In this document: positions 1 to 10,349 of the stretch, in pieces
Numbering within the stretch: the first letter of the stretch is position 1
How the letters are laid out: each line of letters opens with the position of its first letter
Source: an uncultured cyanobacterium
GTDB taxonomy: Bacteria > Cyanobacteriota > Cyanobacteriia > Phormidesmidales > Phormidesmidaceae
Assembly: GCA_963799265.1 (NCBI GenBank)
Contig: CAWCWM010000016.1
Location: 66,260 to 130,259 of the forward strand
DNA length: 64,000 nucleotides
Direction: 5' to 3'
Made by a program: the position numbers and the translations under genes
The notes under the pieces: model-generated
The model's input: only the letters and a program-made list of their open reading frames with translations
The model's database searches: none
Told to the model about the DNA's origin: nothing

Positions 1-492
1 GCGCTGGGCGCAGCGGTCGGTGGCTTTGCAGCCGGTGAGGCTGCACCCGGTGCAATAGGCACAGGCCTTGGCATATGGGCCGTCGTCAGCCTATTAATTT
101 CTCTCTTTTTAGGTGCATGGACAATGGCTTCGTCCTGCGGACCTATGAATAGCAAAACCGCAATGCTGAACGCAACGATCATGTGGGCGACCACTCTGGT
201 TATCAGCGGTTGGCTGCTAGCTAGCGGCGTCTCTGGAACTTTCGGCGTACTAGCTGCCAACGCAGGTGGCGCACTCACTCAAGTCATTGAGCCCGGTGGT
301 GCTTCCTTACCCGGATCTGATCAGGTTGCCGAGGCCGTTCCCAACATAACTGCCGCAGAAGGAGCCCAATACGCAGCTACAGCTGCAAAAGCTAGTGTCT
401 CTTTTCTAATCGGCTCTTTGCTAGGTTTGGTTGCTGCGCTCATCGGTTCTACCGTTGGTGCAAAGAAACCAAGAGCAACTGTTGTTCGATAG
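1..492 (+). CDS. 5'-partial membrane protein (cyanobacterial stress-island type, YrzE-like)
   Basis: Frame 1 is open from base 1 (ALGAAVGGFAAGEAAPGAIGTGLGIWAVVSLLISLFLGAW...) into the tracked ORF; several hydrophobic Gly/Ala-rich helices. Confidence 0.7.
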   Translation, partial: ALGAAVGGFAAGEAAPGAIGTGLGIWAVVSLLISLFLGAWTMASSCGPMNSKTAMLNATIMWATTLVISGWLLASGVSGTFGVLAANAGGALTQVIEPGGASLPGSDQVAEAVPNITAAEGAQYAATAAKASVSFLIGSLLGLVAALIGSTVGAKKPRATVVR

Positions 493-542
493 ACCGCGTG
501 TAGTTCTGTAAAGTTTCTTTTCTACAACTGAGCTAAAAAAAG

Positions 543-574
543 AGGATGATGCAGTTTTTCGCATCGTCCTTTTT
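543..574 (+). terminator. Intrinsic terminator
   Basis: Stem aggatgatgc/gcatcgtcct followed by TTTT, with an A-run on the other side. Confidence 0.7.
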
Positions 575-757
575 GCTATTTACGCTCATTCTCTTCTAGA
601 CGCTAAGAAGTCTGTGTACCGCTGATTTCATCGGGTATCTCTATATGAGTAGAAGATGAGTAGAAGAAACAACTGAATCTCTTTCTTCTATGCAATGAAA
701 ACAGAATCTGTATCACATAGACTTGATATGTAATTCACTACAAAAGAGGAAACACCC

Positions 758-1624
758 ATGCCACTTGCAAGTCTTAAAAAAACGTACCCCGACTACCGCA
801 ATACTTTTAGCGATAACAATCTTAGTCACATAGAAGACTACAGCGTATATGCAGATGGAGACGACAAGGTCGGATCTGTAGAGGATGGTCTATTCGACGA
901 TACCGATGGTCAGTTTCGATATTTGATTGTAGATACAGGTTTTTGGTTCTTTGGTAAGAAAGTGCTGCTTCCGGTTGGCCGCGCTCGGTTTGACAATGAC
1001 CAAAAGCGAGTCTATGTAGCTGGTCTAACAAAGGAGCAAGTCGAAAGCCTGCCCGAGTATGACAGCGATATGACAGTTGACTACGACTATGAAGAGAACG
1101 TACGCGGCGTCTATCGTGAAAACTCAGCTAGCCAAAGCACACCTGTAGGGACCACTGCTGCTGTAGGGGCTACTGCTGCATACGACCAAGACAGCTACAC
1201 CTATGAGAGAGACGCTGATCTGTATACAGCCGATGTAGATGACAATCATCCTATCCGGTTGTACGAAGAGCGTCTGGTTGCAGACAAGAACGTTATTAAA
1301 ACTGGCGATGTCGTGGTTGGCAAGCGAGTAGAGACCGAGACTGCTAGCGTCTCTATTCCGCTAGAGAAAGAGCGGGTAGTGATTGAGCGGACTGCGGCCA
1401 CTACAGCTGTAGCTGAGACTACTCCTCACGCCTTCAACGATGGCGAAGTAGCTCGCGTAGAGGTGTACGAAGAGCAGGCCGCTATTCGCAAAGAAACAGT
1501 GATGACTGAAGAAGTCAATGTCAGAAAAGAGAAATCGCAAGAGATGGCTACTGAACAAGCTACCATTCGCCGAGAGGAGTTGGACGTTACCTCTGACGGC
1601 AATGCAGTGATCGACAAGAAGTAA
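758..1624 (+). CDS. PRC-barrel + DUF2382 (YsnF/AvaK-like) stress protein
   Basis: N-terminal DKVGSVEDGLFDD-GQFRYLIVDTGFWFFGKKVLLPVGR PRC barrel; C-terminal IRLYEERLVADK...EEVNVRKE...IRREELDV; RBS gagga. Confidence 0.9.
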   Translation: MPLASLKKTYPDYRNTFSDNNLSHIEDYSVYADGDDKVGSVEDGLFDDTDGQFRYLIVDTGFWFFGKKVLLPVGRARFDNDQKRVYVAGLTKEQVESLPEYDSDMTVDYDYEENVRGVYRENSASQSTPVGTTAAVGATAAYDQDSYTYERDADLYTADVDDNHPIRLYEERLVADKNVIKTGDVVVGKRVETETASVSIPLEKERVVIERTAATTAVAETTPHAFNDGEVARVEVYEEQAAIRKETVMTEEVNVRKEKSQEMATEQATIRREELDVTSDGNAVIDKK

Positions 1625-1692
1625 GCTAGTCATTTTGAAGAGACTGATTGATCATACTTTGCTTTAAGCAAAGCATTAGTCACGCTCGAAAT

Positions 1693-1737
1693 AAGAAGGA
1701 AGAGGGCCAGCATATATTGCTATGGCCCTCTTCTTTT
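1693..1737. terminator. Bidirectional terminator between convergent genes
   Basis: aagaaggaagagggcca...tggccctcttctttt inverted repeat. Confidence 0.7.
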
Positions 1738-1768
1738 ACCTTTGCCTTTGAGTTTCCCTTTTTATTGT

Positions 1769-2659
1769 TCACTCACCTTCGTTTTCCAATAGGTCGAATC
1801 GCTTTGGATAGGGCAGATGGTGTCTAGCAAACTCTTTTTTTGCTCTAATTGTTAGATCCGTTTTGTAGGAAAATTCGTCTCTAGCATCTAACGGATAAGA
1901 GCGTAGCTTGTATAGGCTACCCCAGCTGTGCTCGGACATGACGACGACAATTGGCAGCTTCAGGTGTGTGTATTTACTGGTGTAGGCAATCCGATACAAG
2001 ATGTTTTCTACTTTCTCGGGGTTGACTTCATGAGCTAGATAAAACTCTGTGACTACCTGCGCCTCTAGCTCACCCATGTTGGCATTAGAGACTGCGTTGG
2101 TCCAGATATGGCTGTGTGGAACGGTAACAATATTGTCAGAAGGTGTCTTCAGACGGATGCCTCGAAGTCCATAGCTGATGACCTCGCCGTATTCGTCTGC
2201 GATCGCAATCCTATCCCCGACCCGATACGGTGCTTCAAACAGCCCCACAATGCCAGCAATGATTGAGCTGGCATAGTCCTTGAAAGCAAAGCCCAGCGCG
2301 ACTGCGACCGTACCAGTCACCGCCAGCACGTTTTCTCTTGAAAGATTTAGGAATAGGTTCATCAACAAGATGATCGTAATGGTCATCACAGTAGTCCGAA
2401 TGAACGGCTGAAACTGCTTGATACGCAGCCGGTTATGCCTGGCTACTTTTTCAGATAGCCAGATTACCAGGGCATCCACACCTTTGATCGTCAGATAAGA
2501 AATAACAACAATAATCAGCGCCTGAATAATCTTGGGCGCGGTAATTTTACCGAGTAGTTCTCTGGTCTGATTAGCGGTATCGCTGGCCGCTTTTTTCGCT
2601 GAATCTCCAGCTGTCTGAGCTATCAAGGCCCATACGGGCGATTTTATCAACCAAGTCAT
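1769..2659 (-). CDS. MscS-family mechanosensitive channel
   Basis: ALGFAFKDYASSIIAG, PYRVGDRI, IGEVISYGLRGIRLKT-SDNIVTVPHS motifs. Confidence 0.9.
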   Translation of the reverse strand: MTWLIKSPVWALIAQTAGDSAKKAASDTANQTRELLGKITAPKIIQALIIVVISYLTIKGVDALVIWLSEKVARHNRLRIKQFQPFIRTTVMTITIILLMNLFLNLSRENVLAVTGTVAVALGFAFKDYASSIIAGIVGLFEAPYRVGDRIAIADEYGEVISYGLRGIRLKTPSDNIVTVPHSHIWTNAVSNANMGELEAQVVTEFYLAHEVNPEKVENILYRIAYTSKYTHLKLPIVVVMSEHSWGSLYKLRSYPLDARDEFSYKTDLTIRAKKEFARHHLPYPKRFDLLENEGE

Positions 2660-2743
2660 CTCTTTAATCTCTTAATCTCTTGCTACCAGTGAATCTCTTA
2701 CTACTAGTGAATTTCTTTCTGCCGAGGCCAGCGCGATCGTGAG

Positions 2744-4156
2744 CTAGGACACCTCAATGATGAAGTTGTTGTTGGCGAGTTCTTTCTTCAATCGCGGATA
2801 GTGAATTGGATTTGCTTTAATCATGCCGTTTTGCTGCTCGATAATGCCCTGTTTGCGAAGGATTTGCACCTGATTATTGACAATCTGGGGAGCATCTCCC
2901 AAGCTTTCTGCCAGTGAACCAATCGTCAGATCGCCGTGAAGCATTAGCGAATATAGCAAGTACAAGTCACTCTGGCTGAGATCTGGCAAAGGTGGTAGCT
3001 TTGGAAGTTGAGCAACTATTCGGTCGCTCTTTTGCGGTTCCTCAGAGCGATCTATTTGGAGAGGTTTTGTCTGGGCGTCTTGTTCAACTGCCTTATCATC
3101 TTCTGACGGCTGATCGGCAATTTTGCGATAGCACAGAGACTTCATAAATAGCTGTAGTGCGATGATGCTAACGCCACCGGAGATATCGGCCAGGCGATCA
3201 AAATACTCACGCTTGGGGCTAGCGCCCTCTGCTTCGCTATGATCCTCATCATCGAACGTTTCTTTGACAGAGCGTAGAGAAGATTTGGCCGTTGCTGCTG
3301 CCTCCTGAGTGATTTCGGAGAGCGCTTCAATGGGCTTATTTATAGAAAGATGAATTCCCTCAAGCTGATTGAGGTCGCCTAGCCGCTTGTGTAGTGCCGC
3401 ATCGCTAAAATAAATATCAAACCGTTTGACGACAGGCTCCATCCATTCCTGTAGCTGTTCTCCAGTAATCTTTGGGATAGAAATCGTCCGATCGCAATAG
3501 GCATGAAGCTGAAGCGTAGACTCTAGGTACTCCCAGCCGATTTGTCCGCAGCCCAATACAGTAAACTGACTAGGATCGTTCATTGCCGTATCTTGCAAGT
3601 AATCAATTCCGTCTAAACCCTGAGCGCTCCGTAAGAAGCACCAGCATAAGTTAGGGATAATAGTGATCTGCTCTGGTCTGGTGCGATCTTTCTCGAAACG
3701 ATCGTTTGTAGAGCAGTCTGACTCGATCGCACCAAGCTGCTTTTCGATCTTTTTTTGAATGGTAGTGCTATCGAGCGGGCGGGCTATCCAGTCGAGCAGA
3801 TTGATGTTTAGATCGTGCTTTTCTTTGACAATCAGTTGGGATAGAGTTTCTCCTACAATTCGAGAAATTGGTGAGACAGGCTGGGCCAGAATAGCGATAG
3901 AGTTGTTGGCACTGTTGGGATTCTCTAGCCATTGTGCGATCGCAGATTTTACCGGGTCTAGCACCGCTTCTGTCTCTTGGGGATGCACCGGTAGTGCGTT
4001 TACCGCATCTCTGAGCTGATTGAAAATATCATCTGGTAGCGTAGCGAGTGAATCATCTGATTCTGGCGTGAGCTGAGCACCTTTAGCGAACCAGCCAACG
4101 CGAAAGAAGCGCTTATTGAGTAACCAGGATTTAAACTTTGAGGCTTCTAGAACCAT
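2744..4156 (-). CDS. Hypothetical protein, probably a degenerate P-loop NTPase fold with C-terminal winged HTH
   Basis: Long ORF, likely start ATG 4156; C-terminal LYLLYSLMLHGDLTIGSLAESLG...QVQILRKQGII looks like a wHTH; lies between two mscS genes. Confidence 0.6.
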   Translation of the reverse strand: MVLEASKFKSWLLNKRFFRVGWFAKGAQLTPESDDSLATLPDDIFNQLRDAVNALPVHPQETEAVLDPVKSAIAQWLENPNSANNSIAILAQPVSPISRIVGETLSQLIVKEKHDLNINLLDWIARPLDSTTIQKKIEKQLGAIESDCSTNDRFEKDRTRPEQITIIPNLCWCFLRSAQGLDGIDYLQDTAMNDPSQFTVLGCGQIGWEYLESTLQLHAYCDRTISIPKITGEQLQEWMEPVVKRFDIYFSDAALHKRLGDLNQLEGIHLSINKPIEALSEITQEAAATAKSSLRSVKETFDDEDHSEAEGASPKREYFDRLADISGGVSIIALQLFMKSLCYRKIADQPSEDDKAVEQDAQTKPLQIDRSEEPQKSDRIVAQLPKLPPLPDLSQSDLYLLYSLMLHGDLTIGSLAESLGDAPQIVNNQVQILRKQGIIEQQNGMIKANPIHYPRLKKELANNNFIIEVS

Positions 4157-4271
4157 AGTGATTAGGGCAGCGTGGCTAAGTCTGTATTGCACATGAACAG
4201 CAGGATAAGAACATACCTTGCTACTGTTAGCGCTGGCTAGCCTCATATCGCTGGCTACTATTATCTATGCA

Positions 4272-5258
4272 TTAGCTATCCCCATTTTGCTCTCGCTGTT
4301 TTTTGACCATTGCCAGCACCGAACGGGAGAGGTTGAGAGCCCTTGGCGAGTCTCCTTCTGGCTGAATAGGCCAGCCTTCTCGCTGCTTGGCTCGGTTGCC
4401 ATCGGTTTCTTCGGTCTGATCGTGAAAGAGAACTTGCTGCGTAGGAAAGGGAAGATCTATGCCAGCAGCCACTAGCTCATTGCAGACATTTTCTAGCACC
4501 CAGTCTCTAGAAGCTACCATGTCTGCCTGTCTAGGCGGTTCGATCCACCAGCGAGCCCGGATATTGATAGTGCTATCTGCCAAATCTACTACTAACGCCT
4601 CCGGTGCCGGGTCCTTGATAACATCATCGCGGCTGTTCAGCGTATTTATAATAATCTTTTTGGCTTGGGCAATATTGTCACCGTAGCCAATGCCAATGTC
4701 GTATTCCAAACGCCTGCGGTCATAAGCAGTGTTGACAGTGACCGCGTTAGTGAAAAGTTCTGCATTGGGAATGACAACTCGGCGGCCATCGTAGGTGCGA
4801 ATAGTAGTCGCTCTAGTCTGAATTTGCTCTACAGTGCCTTCATAATCATTAAAGATAATCTGATCTTCTAGCTTGAAGGGTTCTGTCAGCAAGATTAGAA
4901 TGCCCGCCAGGAAATTTTGCAGAATATCTTTAAAGGCAAAACCGATAGCAACACCTCCAATTCCTAAGGCGGCTAGGGCATCAGCAGGATTGAAGCTAGG
5001 AAAGATGACAGTCGATGCAATCAGAAAGCCTAGAATAACTAGTCCGCCCTGAGCCAACCGGCCAACCACTAGGCCCACATTGCGAGTGTCTCGGTGTTTG
5101 GTTTGTCTGCGGACAAAGGTACGAATGAACTTTCCCAAAACCCAAAAGATCAAGAAGATGATAATACCAATAATGATATTGGGTAGCAGTGCGATCGCAC
5201 CCTGCACCATACTCGATAGCGTTTCCGTTGCCGCTGAAAGTGAAATATTATTTTCCAC
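4272..5258 (-). CDS. MscS-family mechanosensitive channel
   Basis: GVAIGFAFKDILQNFLAGILIL-EPFKLEDQI, EGTVEQIQTRATTIRTYDGRRVVIPN. Confidence 0.92.
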   Translation of the reverse strand: MENNISLSAATETLSSMVQGAIALLPNIIIGIIIFLIFWVLGKFIRTFVRRQTKHRDTRNVGLVVGRLAQGGLVILGFLIASTVIFPSFNPADALAALGIGGVAIGFAFKDILQNFLAGILILLTEPFKLEDQIIFNDYEGTVEQIQTRATTIRTYDGRRVVIPNAELFTNAVTVNTAYDRRRLEYDIGIGYGDNIAQAKKIIINTLNSRDDVIKDPAPEALVVDLADSTINIRARWWIEPPRQADMVASRDWVLENVCNELVAAGIDLPFPTQQVLFHDQTEETDGNRAKQREGWPIQPEGDSPRALNLSRSVLAMVKKQREQNGDS

Positions 5259-5601
5259 TGCTTTCCTTTAAGAGTCCTGCTAAATCTGGCGGCAAAATTC
5301 TGCCAAACCTGGTCTGTAAAAGTAGAGTACAGGGTTCAACGCTACGCATCCCTCTATCCTCAGAAGGGGGCTTCAAAAGGGGGCTTCAGAAGGGGGAAGT
5401 CTCTCCCTATCGACACAGCAAAGGGTCAGATGAACCTGTGTCTCAACTGACCCCTTATTAGCTGCTTGTGCTTGACGGTTCGCCTCTGACAGCGTTTGCC
5501 TTCGATAGTGCTAGTTGACCGCTGCTATTGGCTGATACAGACTGTGCGGCCATAAGATACCGGCACCCAATCGCCAATTGAAGCCATCTAAACAGTAGAA
5601 A

Positions 5602-5964
5602 CTAAGGAGTAATTTCTTCTAGAGCTTCCTCGATATTTTCTTCTACAGAAGTAGCGCTAGAACTCTCAGGACTGTACATATCTTCTTTGTCAGCTGCACC
5701 CTGCACACCGTTGAGTCCTTCAGCAGAGTTCTTCATTACGCTCTTGCCGTCATTGTTATCAGAAAGCTTACCAGAGATAGCTTTCTCGGACTCTTTCTGC
5801 ACGCCATTTAGCTGTTCTACTCCCTTTGCAGGACTAGAGCCGCTGTTGCCAAAAGCGAGCGCTGGCGTAGCGCTGGCGAAAAGAAAGAGTGCGCAGGCCG
5901 TTGCGATCGCCAGCGGACGCAAGCTGGAAAACAGGGCAGAAAAATAGCTAAAAATCTTTTTCAT
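5602..5964 (-). CDS. Secreted/membrane-anchored cyanobacterial stress (low-temperature-induced-like) protein
   Basis: Signal-peptide-like N-terminus from ATG 5964; GLNGVQGAADKEDM motif. Confidence 0.6.
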   Translation of the reverse strand: MKKIFSYFSALFSSLRPLAIATACALFLFASATPALAFGNSGSSPAKGVEQLNGVQKESEKAISGKLSDNNDGKSVMKNSAEGLNGVQGAADKEDMYSPESSSATSVEENIEEALEEITP

Positions 5965-6099
5965 GGAAAATTCCTCCCGGGAATGTAAAAACTGAATAAG
6001 CTGAGCGACACGACTAGTACAGTAGACAGTTCGCATGACTCAACTTAAATACTAGGCTATGGAACGGTTGCTGCTTGTACGATTACTCTTTACAAAGCT

Positions 6100-6543
6100 T
6101 TAGTTAAAAAAGTCTTTGATAGATTCAACCACACCACCTGCGGCATCTTCGACATCTTCAGCAGCGTCAGCAGTAGCTCCTTTCGCCTGGCCAATGTCAC
6201 TCTTTACCTTGCCCTTAAGCTGGTCAGTAGCCCCGTCGAGCCGGTCAGCAGCGCTGTTCAAATCCACAGAGTCTTCAGCCCTGCCAATACTTCGCTTTGC
6301 TTTACCAACTGTACTATCGACAGCGCCTTCTAGCTGATCGCTAGTTCCAGCGCCAGAGACCCTGTCTAGTTCTGCTGCCGCTCGCTCGTTGATCACGTCT
6401 GCTGCGGCCTGAGAGCCTACCGCATACGCCGTAGGAACTAGACCGCCAAAAACCGCAACGGTCACCATCGCCAGACAAGCTGTCCGGACGAACCACTGCT
6501 TTAGCGTACTCAGCTGCCAATTCAGACGGTTAAGAATAGCCAT
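6100..6543 (-). CDS. CsbD-like stress protein
   Basis: N-terminal TM, then DQLEGAVDSTVGKAK and DQLKGKVKSDIGQAK CsbD-type repeats. Confidence 0.75.
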   Translation of the reverse strand: MAILNRLNWQLSTLKQWFVRTACLAMVTVAVFGGLVPTAYAVGSQAAADVINERAAAELDRVSGAGTSDQLEGAVDSTVGKAKRSIGRAEDSVDLNSAADRLDGATDQLKGKVKSDIGQAKGATADAAEDVEDAAGGVVESIKDFFN

Positions 6544-7123
6544 ACTGTATCTCCTTTGTACTACTTCTTTGTTTTGAAGTATTTGTCTGCATACTCATAC
6601 AATCGCTTTACTAATTCCGAACCCATCCATCCTACGGAAGATTCAGACGCATCTAGAGACAGAGCTGCCGAACAAGGTCTTTGGAAAAAACCTGCGAACT
6701 CTGACAGCAGGCGGCTAAAACGACATCTTTGTCTAGAGACAAAAGAGCCAGACAAGTGCCATCAAGCCAGTACTACAAGCCAGTACTATAAGCACTCTCA
6801 AAGGCAAGTGTCAGGCTGGCGTCGTAGATATCTATCCCTTTGTAAGTATGTCAAGATGAGGCATCTCTATCTCTTGTGGTGCTGGAATAGATGCGGATTC
6901 GGATAAAACTGTTTGTAGGTAGTAAAACACTATTAACAAAACCGCAGAAGCTTTGCTCAAGAAGAAGCCGTTTCTAAAAGCTGGGCAGGCGTTCTTCGAG
7001 TAAGCATTTTCCTCATGACCTATCCTACTTTGGCACAGCTCATGGGCGATAATTCCCTATATTATTCCGTCGAAAGATTTAGCCTGTCAGTATCAGACTG
7101 TCAGTAGAAGGTAGTAGGAAAAA

Positions 7124-7522
7124 ATGGAAACAACTGGACAGCGAACTGTTGGACAGATCGAAAGAGAGCTCTCTCAGAAGGTACAGGCTCTCTACAAAAA
7201 ACACATGGGACATCAGCCTAGCAAGGTGTCGTGTCAGCTATTTAGCAGTAAGCTTGTCGTTGTTCTAGAGGATTCGGTTACACAGCCAGAAAAGCTGCTG
7301 GTTGAAGAAGGTCAGACAGAGCTAGCGGAGAAAGTCCGTGCTGATCTCAATGAAGCGATGCAGCCTCAGATCAGGACATTAATCGAAAGCATACTGGGCG
7401 TTACTGTTCTGGATTTGCTGAGCGATGCAGCGCTCGATACCGGTAGAACTGGCATCATCGCGGTGCTATCGGATGCGCCCGCTGTCCGAAACCCAGAAGC
7501 CATTCCAAAGCTCAAGAAGTAG
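7124..7522 (+). CDS. DUF2294 family protein
   Basis: GQIERELSQKVQALYKKHMGHQPSKV...LEDSVTQPEKLL...DLLSDAALDTGRTG. Confidence 0.85.
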   Translation: METTGQRTVGQIERELSQKVQALYKKHMGHQPSKVSCQLFSSKLVVVLEDSVTQPEKLLVEEGQTELAEKVRADLNEAMQPQIRTLIESILGVTVLDLLSDAALDTGRTGIIAVLSDAPAVRNPEAIPKLKK

Positions 7523-7898
7523 GCTTGAGAAAAGTCAAGACTATTGAAATTGCCTGAACTGAATATATGTCAGAAGGTAGGTTTTAGCACTGGTTTTATC
7601 CTTCTATCGATTGACTGGCCCGTCAGCCGTGCCGTCTTACTATTGGCACAGCTAGAGAGGCCGATCAGAAAAAGAATAGCGATTGTTTCCTTCCGCTCTT
7701 GTTTTCCAAGGTATTTTATTTTCTTGGAAGCAATCCGGCTCTTCCGAAATTTGCCTGTCTAAGCTTTATTTCTGTGTGTGCTAATACCTGTAGATGTTTC
7801 CCCCATTGACTTACTATAGACAAAGCCTGAAAAGCAGAGTTTGAAAGTCAGTCAATTGCGGGCGACTTCTGTTCAAAAGAGTTACTGGAGCATTTTTT

Positions 7899-8687
7899 AT
7901 GACAATAGAATTAAAAGAGGATCTAGCGTATATCCTGCTTAAGAAGATGAGCGATCGCCCGGAGTCGTCCGAGCCCCTTCCTTTGAGTTTGACAGCAGCG
8001 GATTTTGTCGGTCGCAATACCGACAAGACCGAGATTCTGGCTCATCTCGACTATCTCAATCAAAAAGGCTACATCAATGCGGACTTCTCTGGAGATGCCT
8101 ACGCCAACTCTGGTCCAAATCCGCTTCCAGATAACGTCGATATTCAAGCCGTCGAACTCACGCAGAGCGGCAAAGACTTGTTCAAGCAGATGAGCGAGAA
8201 TCCTCCCAAGGAACTAGAGTCTGGGCCTAGCACGCCGATTGCGACAAAAGACATGGACTTCCTAGAGAAAGTCATGCTCAAAGGCCACATCGCCGACATC
8301 TACGACGCTAGGGACTTGACAGAAATCGTCTTCCGCACCATGCGAGACTTGATGACGACAGAGGCCGCAGGTGAGGTTGCCAGTGAACTTCACACATCCG
8401 CAGTCGATACAGACAAAAAAGCAGCGCAGGAAGAGGTCGCCGATCTTTGGAAGGACTCCAATCCGTTGGTTCGTTTTCTCAGTCAGATCCGGCCTAAGCT
8501 AAACTTTAGCGACGAGACTTTCTTCTTTAGAATTGAGAAAGAAGGCGGCTTGCCAAAGACAACTGGCCCGCACACCGTTGTGAAAGCGGTTTTCAGTGCT
8601 ACTAAGGAAGAGCTCTCTGATGAGCGAGCAGCCGAAATTGCAGAGTTCATGCCTGGCGAAGTTCGTACACTATGGGAGGAAGCATAG
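7899..8687 (+). CDS. DUF2267 family protein with N-terminal wHTH-like extension
   Basis: C-terminal DARDLTEIVFRTMRDLM...VKAVFSATKEELS-ERAAEIAEFMPG; N-terminal HLDYLNQKGYI...ELTQSG. Confidence 0.75.
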   Translation: MTIELKEDLAYILLKKMSDRPESSEPLPLSLTAADFVGRNTDKTEILAHLDYLNQKGYINADFSGDAYANSGPNPLPDNVDIQAVELTQSGKDLFKQMSENPPKELESGPSTPIATKDMDFLEKVMLKGHIADIYDARDLTEIVFRTMRDLMTTEAAGEVASELHTSAVDTDKKAAQEEVADLWKDSNPLVRFLSQIRPKLNFSDETFFFRIEKEGGLPKTTGPHTVVKAVFSATKEELSDERAAEIAEFMPGEVRTLWEEA

Positions 8688-8690
8688 ATC

Positions 8691-8993
8691 ATGGCTACCA
8701 CTGACAACAATCCAAGCGGACACGATCCTAGAGAGCCCAATGAGCCGGGCACCGAAAATATCAATCCCGGTGATAAGGAAGCGCCTCCAGGTACTTCTGT
8801 AGAAGAGAAGGGCGAAAAGACCGCCGTAGCCTATCAAGATGCTACTGGTAACCCGATCGAAGTGCCGACTTATTTCACGGTAGAAGGCGAAGAGGGTGAG
8901 AAAGAAGCGCTGCACCACGTGAAGGACGCGGAGGAAATTTCTGATGTTATCCGTCAGGCGCGTGTGGATGAAGAGGGCGATCGCAAGTGGTGA
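8691..8993 (+). CDS. Small acidic hypothetical protein
   Basis: Starts 3 nt after the upstream stop; ATG start; acidic composition. Confidence 0.6.
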   Translation: MATTDNNPSGHDPREPNEPGTENINPGDKEAPPGTSVEEKGEKTAVAYQDATGNPIEVPTYFTVEGEEGEKEALHHVKDAEEISDVIRQARVDEEGDRKW

Positions 8994-9219
8994 CAGCCCG
9001 ATTTACTGACAGATCCATCCGCAGATGCTCGACACTCGACTAGCAATGTCAAGACGATGTTCTTAGCAATAGCGTCTGATTGCTAGAATGGGCAAGGAGA
9101 CTGACGGTAGTCTGATTTTTTATAGCTCATCATAGATAGCCTGTCTAAGCGCGGGGTGTCTGTGATGGGCTTTTTAGTGGTATATACTGCCAATGGCCGT
9201 TTGAGATGGGGAATTAGGT

Positions 9220-10137
9220 ATGGATAGTTTGCTCGAGGAAGTCAAAAGTAGGCTGATCGACCTGGTGGGTCAAGCTGTTGTTGTTCTACCAGCGGTTTTC
9301 TTTGCGATCATCATATTGCTGCTCACTCGGACGATGGCAGAGCTCGTTCGCAAAGGGGTGCGCAAGGTTGCTTCTAGGACACTTACCAGTCTATCGCTAC
9401 AGTCTTTACTCATTCAGACCAGCTATGCAACGGCGCTAACGGCTGGGATCTTGTTCGCCTGTATTGTTGCCTTTCCAGATTTAGGATTTAGCGATTTAGT
9501 CGCTTTACTGGGGTTAGGTTCTGTCGCCATTGGTTTTGCTTTTCAAGATATTTTCAAAAACTTTCTATCTGGCATTTTGCTACTGCTTCAAGAGCCTTTT
9601 TCTCTAGGCGATCAAATTATCGTTGAAAGCTTTGAAGGCACTGTCGAGGAGATTGCGCTTCGCTCTACGCAGATTCGCACCTATCAGGGCGAGCTGGTAG
9701 TGGTTCCTAATTCTATTGTATTTACTAGTCCGGTGCAGGTAATGACCGGTAGACCCCATCGGCGCACTGATCTAGCGATTGGCGTAGATTACAACACACC
9801 TTTGCCTCATGCGGTTAGAACACTCACAGAAGCCGCTCGATCTGTTGAAGAAGTAGCTCCTAATCCAGCAATTGAGGTAGATATTGTCGGCTTTGGCGAC
9901 AGCGCTATTGATATGGTCGTACGCTACTGGACCCGTTCAGACCAGGGATCTGTTCGCCGGTTGAAAACGCAGATGATGCTGGCGCTCAAACAGGCCTGTG
10001 ACGAGGCAGATATCAATATTCCTTATCCTATTCGCACGGTTTATCATTTTGATCAAGAGAAGTATAGCGATAATGCTCGGATAGAAGATTTGAATGGGCG
10101 ATCGCAGACTTACGCCGCTGATACAGTCGATAGCTAA
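9220..10137 (+). CDS. MscS-family mechanosensitive channel
   Basis: GSVAIGFAFQDIFKNFLSGILLLLQEPFSLGDQI, EGTVEEIALRSTQIRTYQGE. Confidence 0.92.
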   Translation: MDSLLEEVKSRLIDLVGQAVVVLPAVFFAIIILLLTRTMAELVRKGVRKVASRTLTSLSLQSLLIQTSYATALTAGILFACIVAFPDLGFSDLVALLGLGSVAIGFAFQDIFKNFLSGILLLLQEPFSLGDQIIVESFEGTVEEIALRSTQIRTYQGELVVVPNSIVFTSPVQVMTGRPHRRTDLAIGVDYNTPLPHAVRTLTEAARSVEEVAPNPAIEVDIVGFGDSAIDMVVRYWTRSDQGSVRRLKTQMMLALKQACDEADINIPYPIRTVYHFDQEKYSDNARIEDLNGRSQTYAADTVDS

Positions 10138-10349
10138 AGCCGAGCTGTAGATAGAGCTAAATAGCGCATTGACGCATCCATGAGTCGGTTGTGAAAGCTG
10201 AGCGCTATTTTTGCTGGGGTGCTTTTTAGATAGGCTCTCGAGTTACCCTCTTTTGGCTCCTAACTTTTAAGATGTCTTATTAAGACTACTCATCTGGAAC
10301 AAGAGAACAACAATGAGACTCAAAGGCAAGCTCGTGACTCTGTTTTCGC

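Noticed and set aside
5345-5410. agggggcttca short repeat upstream of mscS
   Set aside because: Only two to three degenerate copies; probably a decayed dispersed-repeat fragment, too weak to call.
630-7800. Shared CTATC-like promoter motif upstream of stress-island genes
   Set aside because: Instances are too variable to distinguish from chance without motif statistics.
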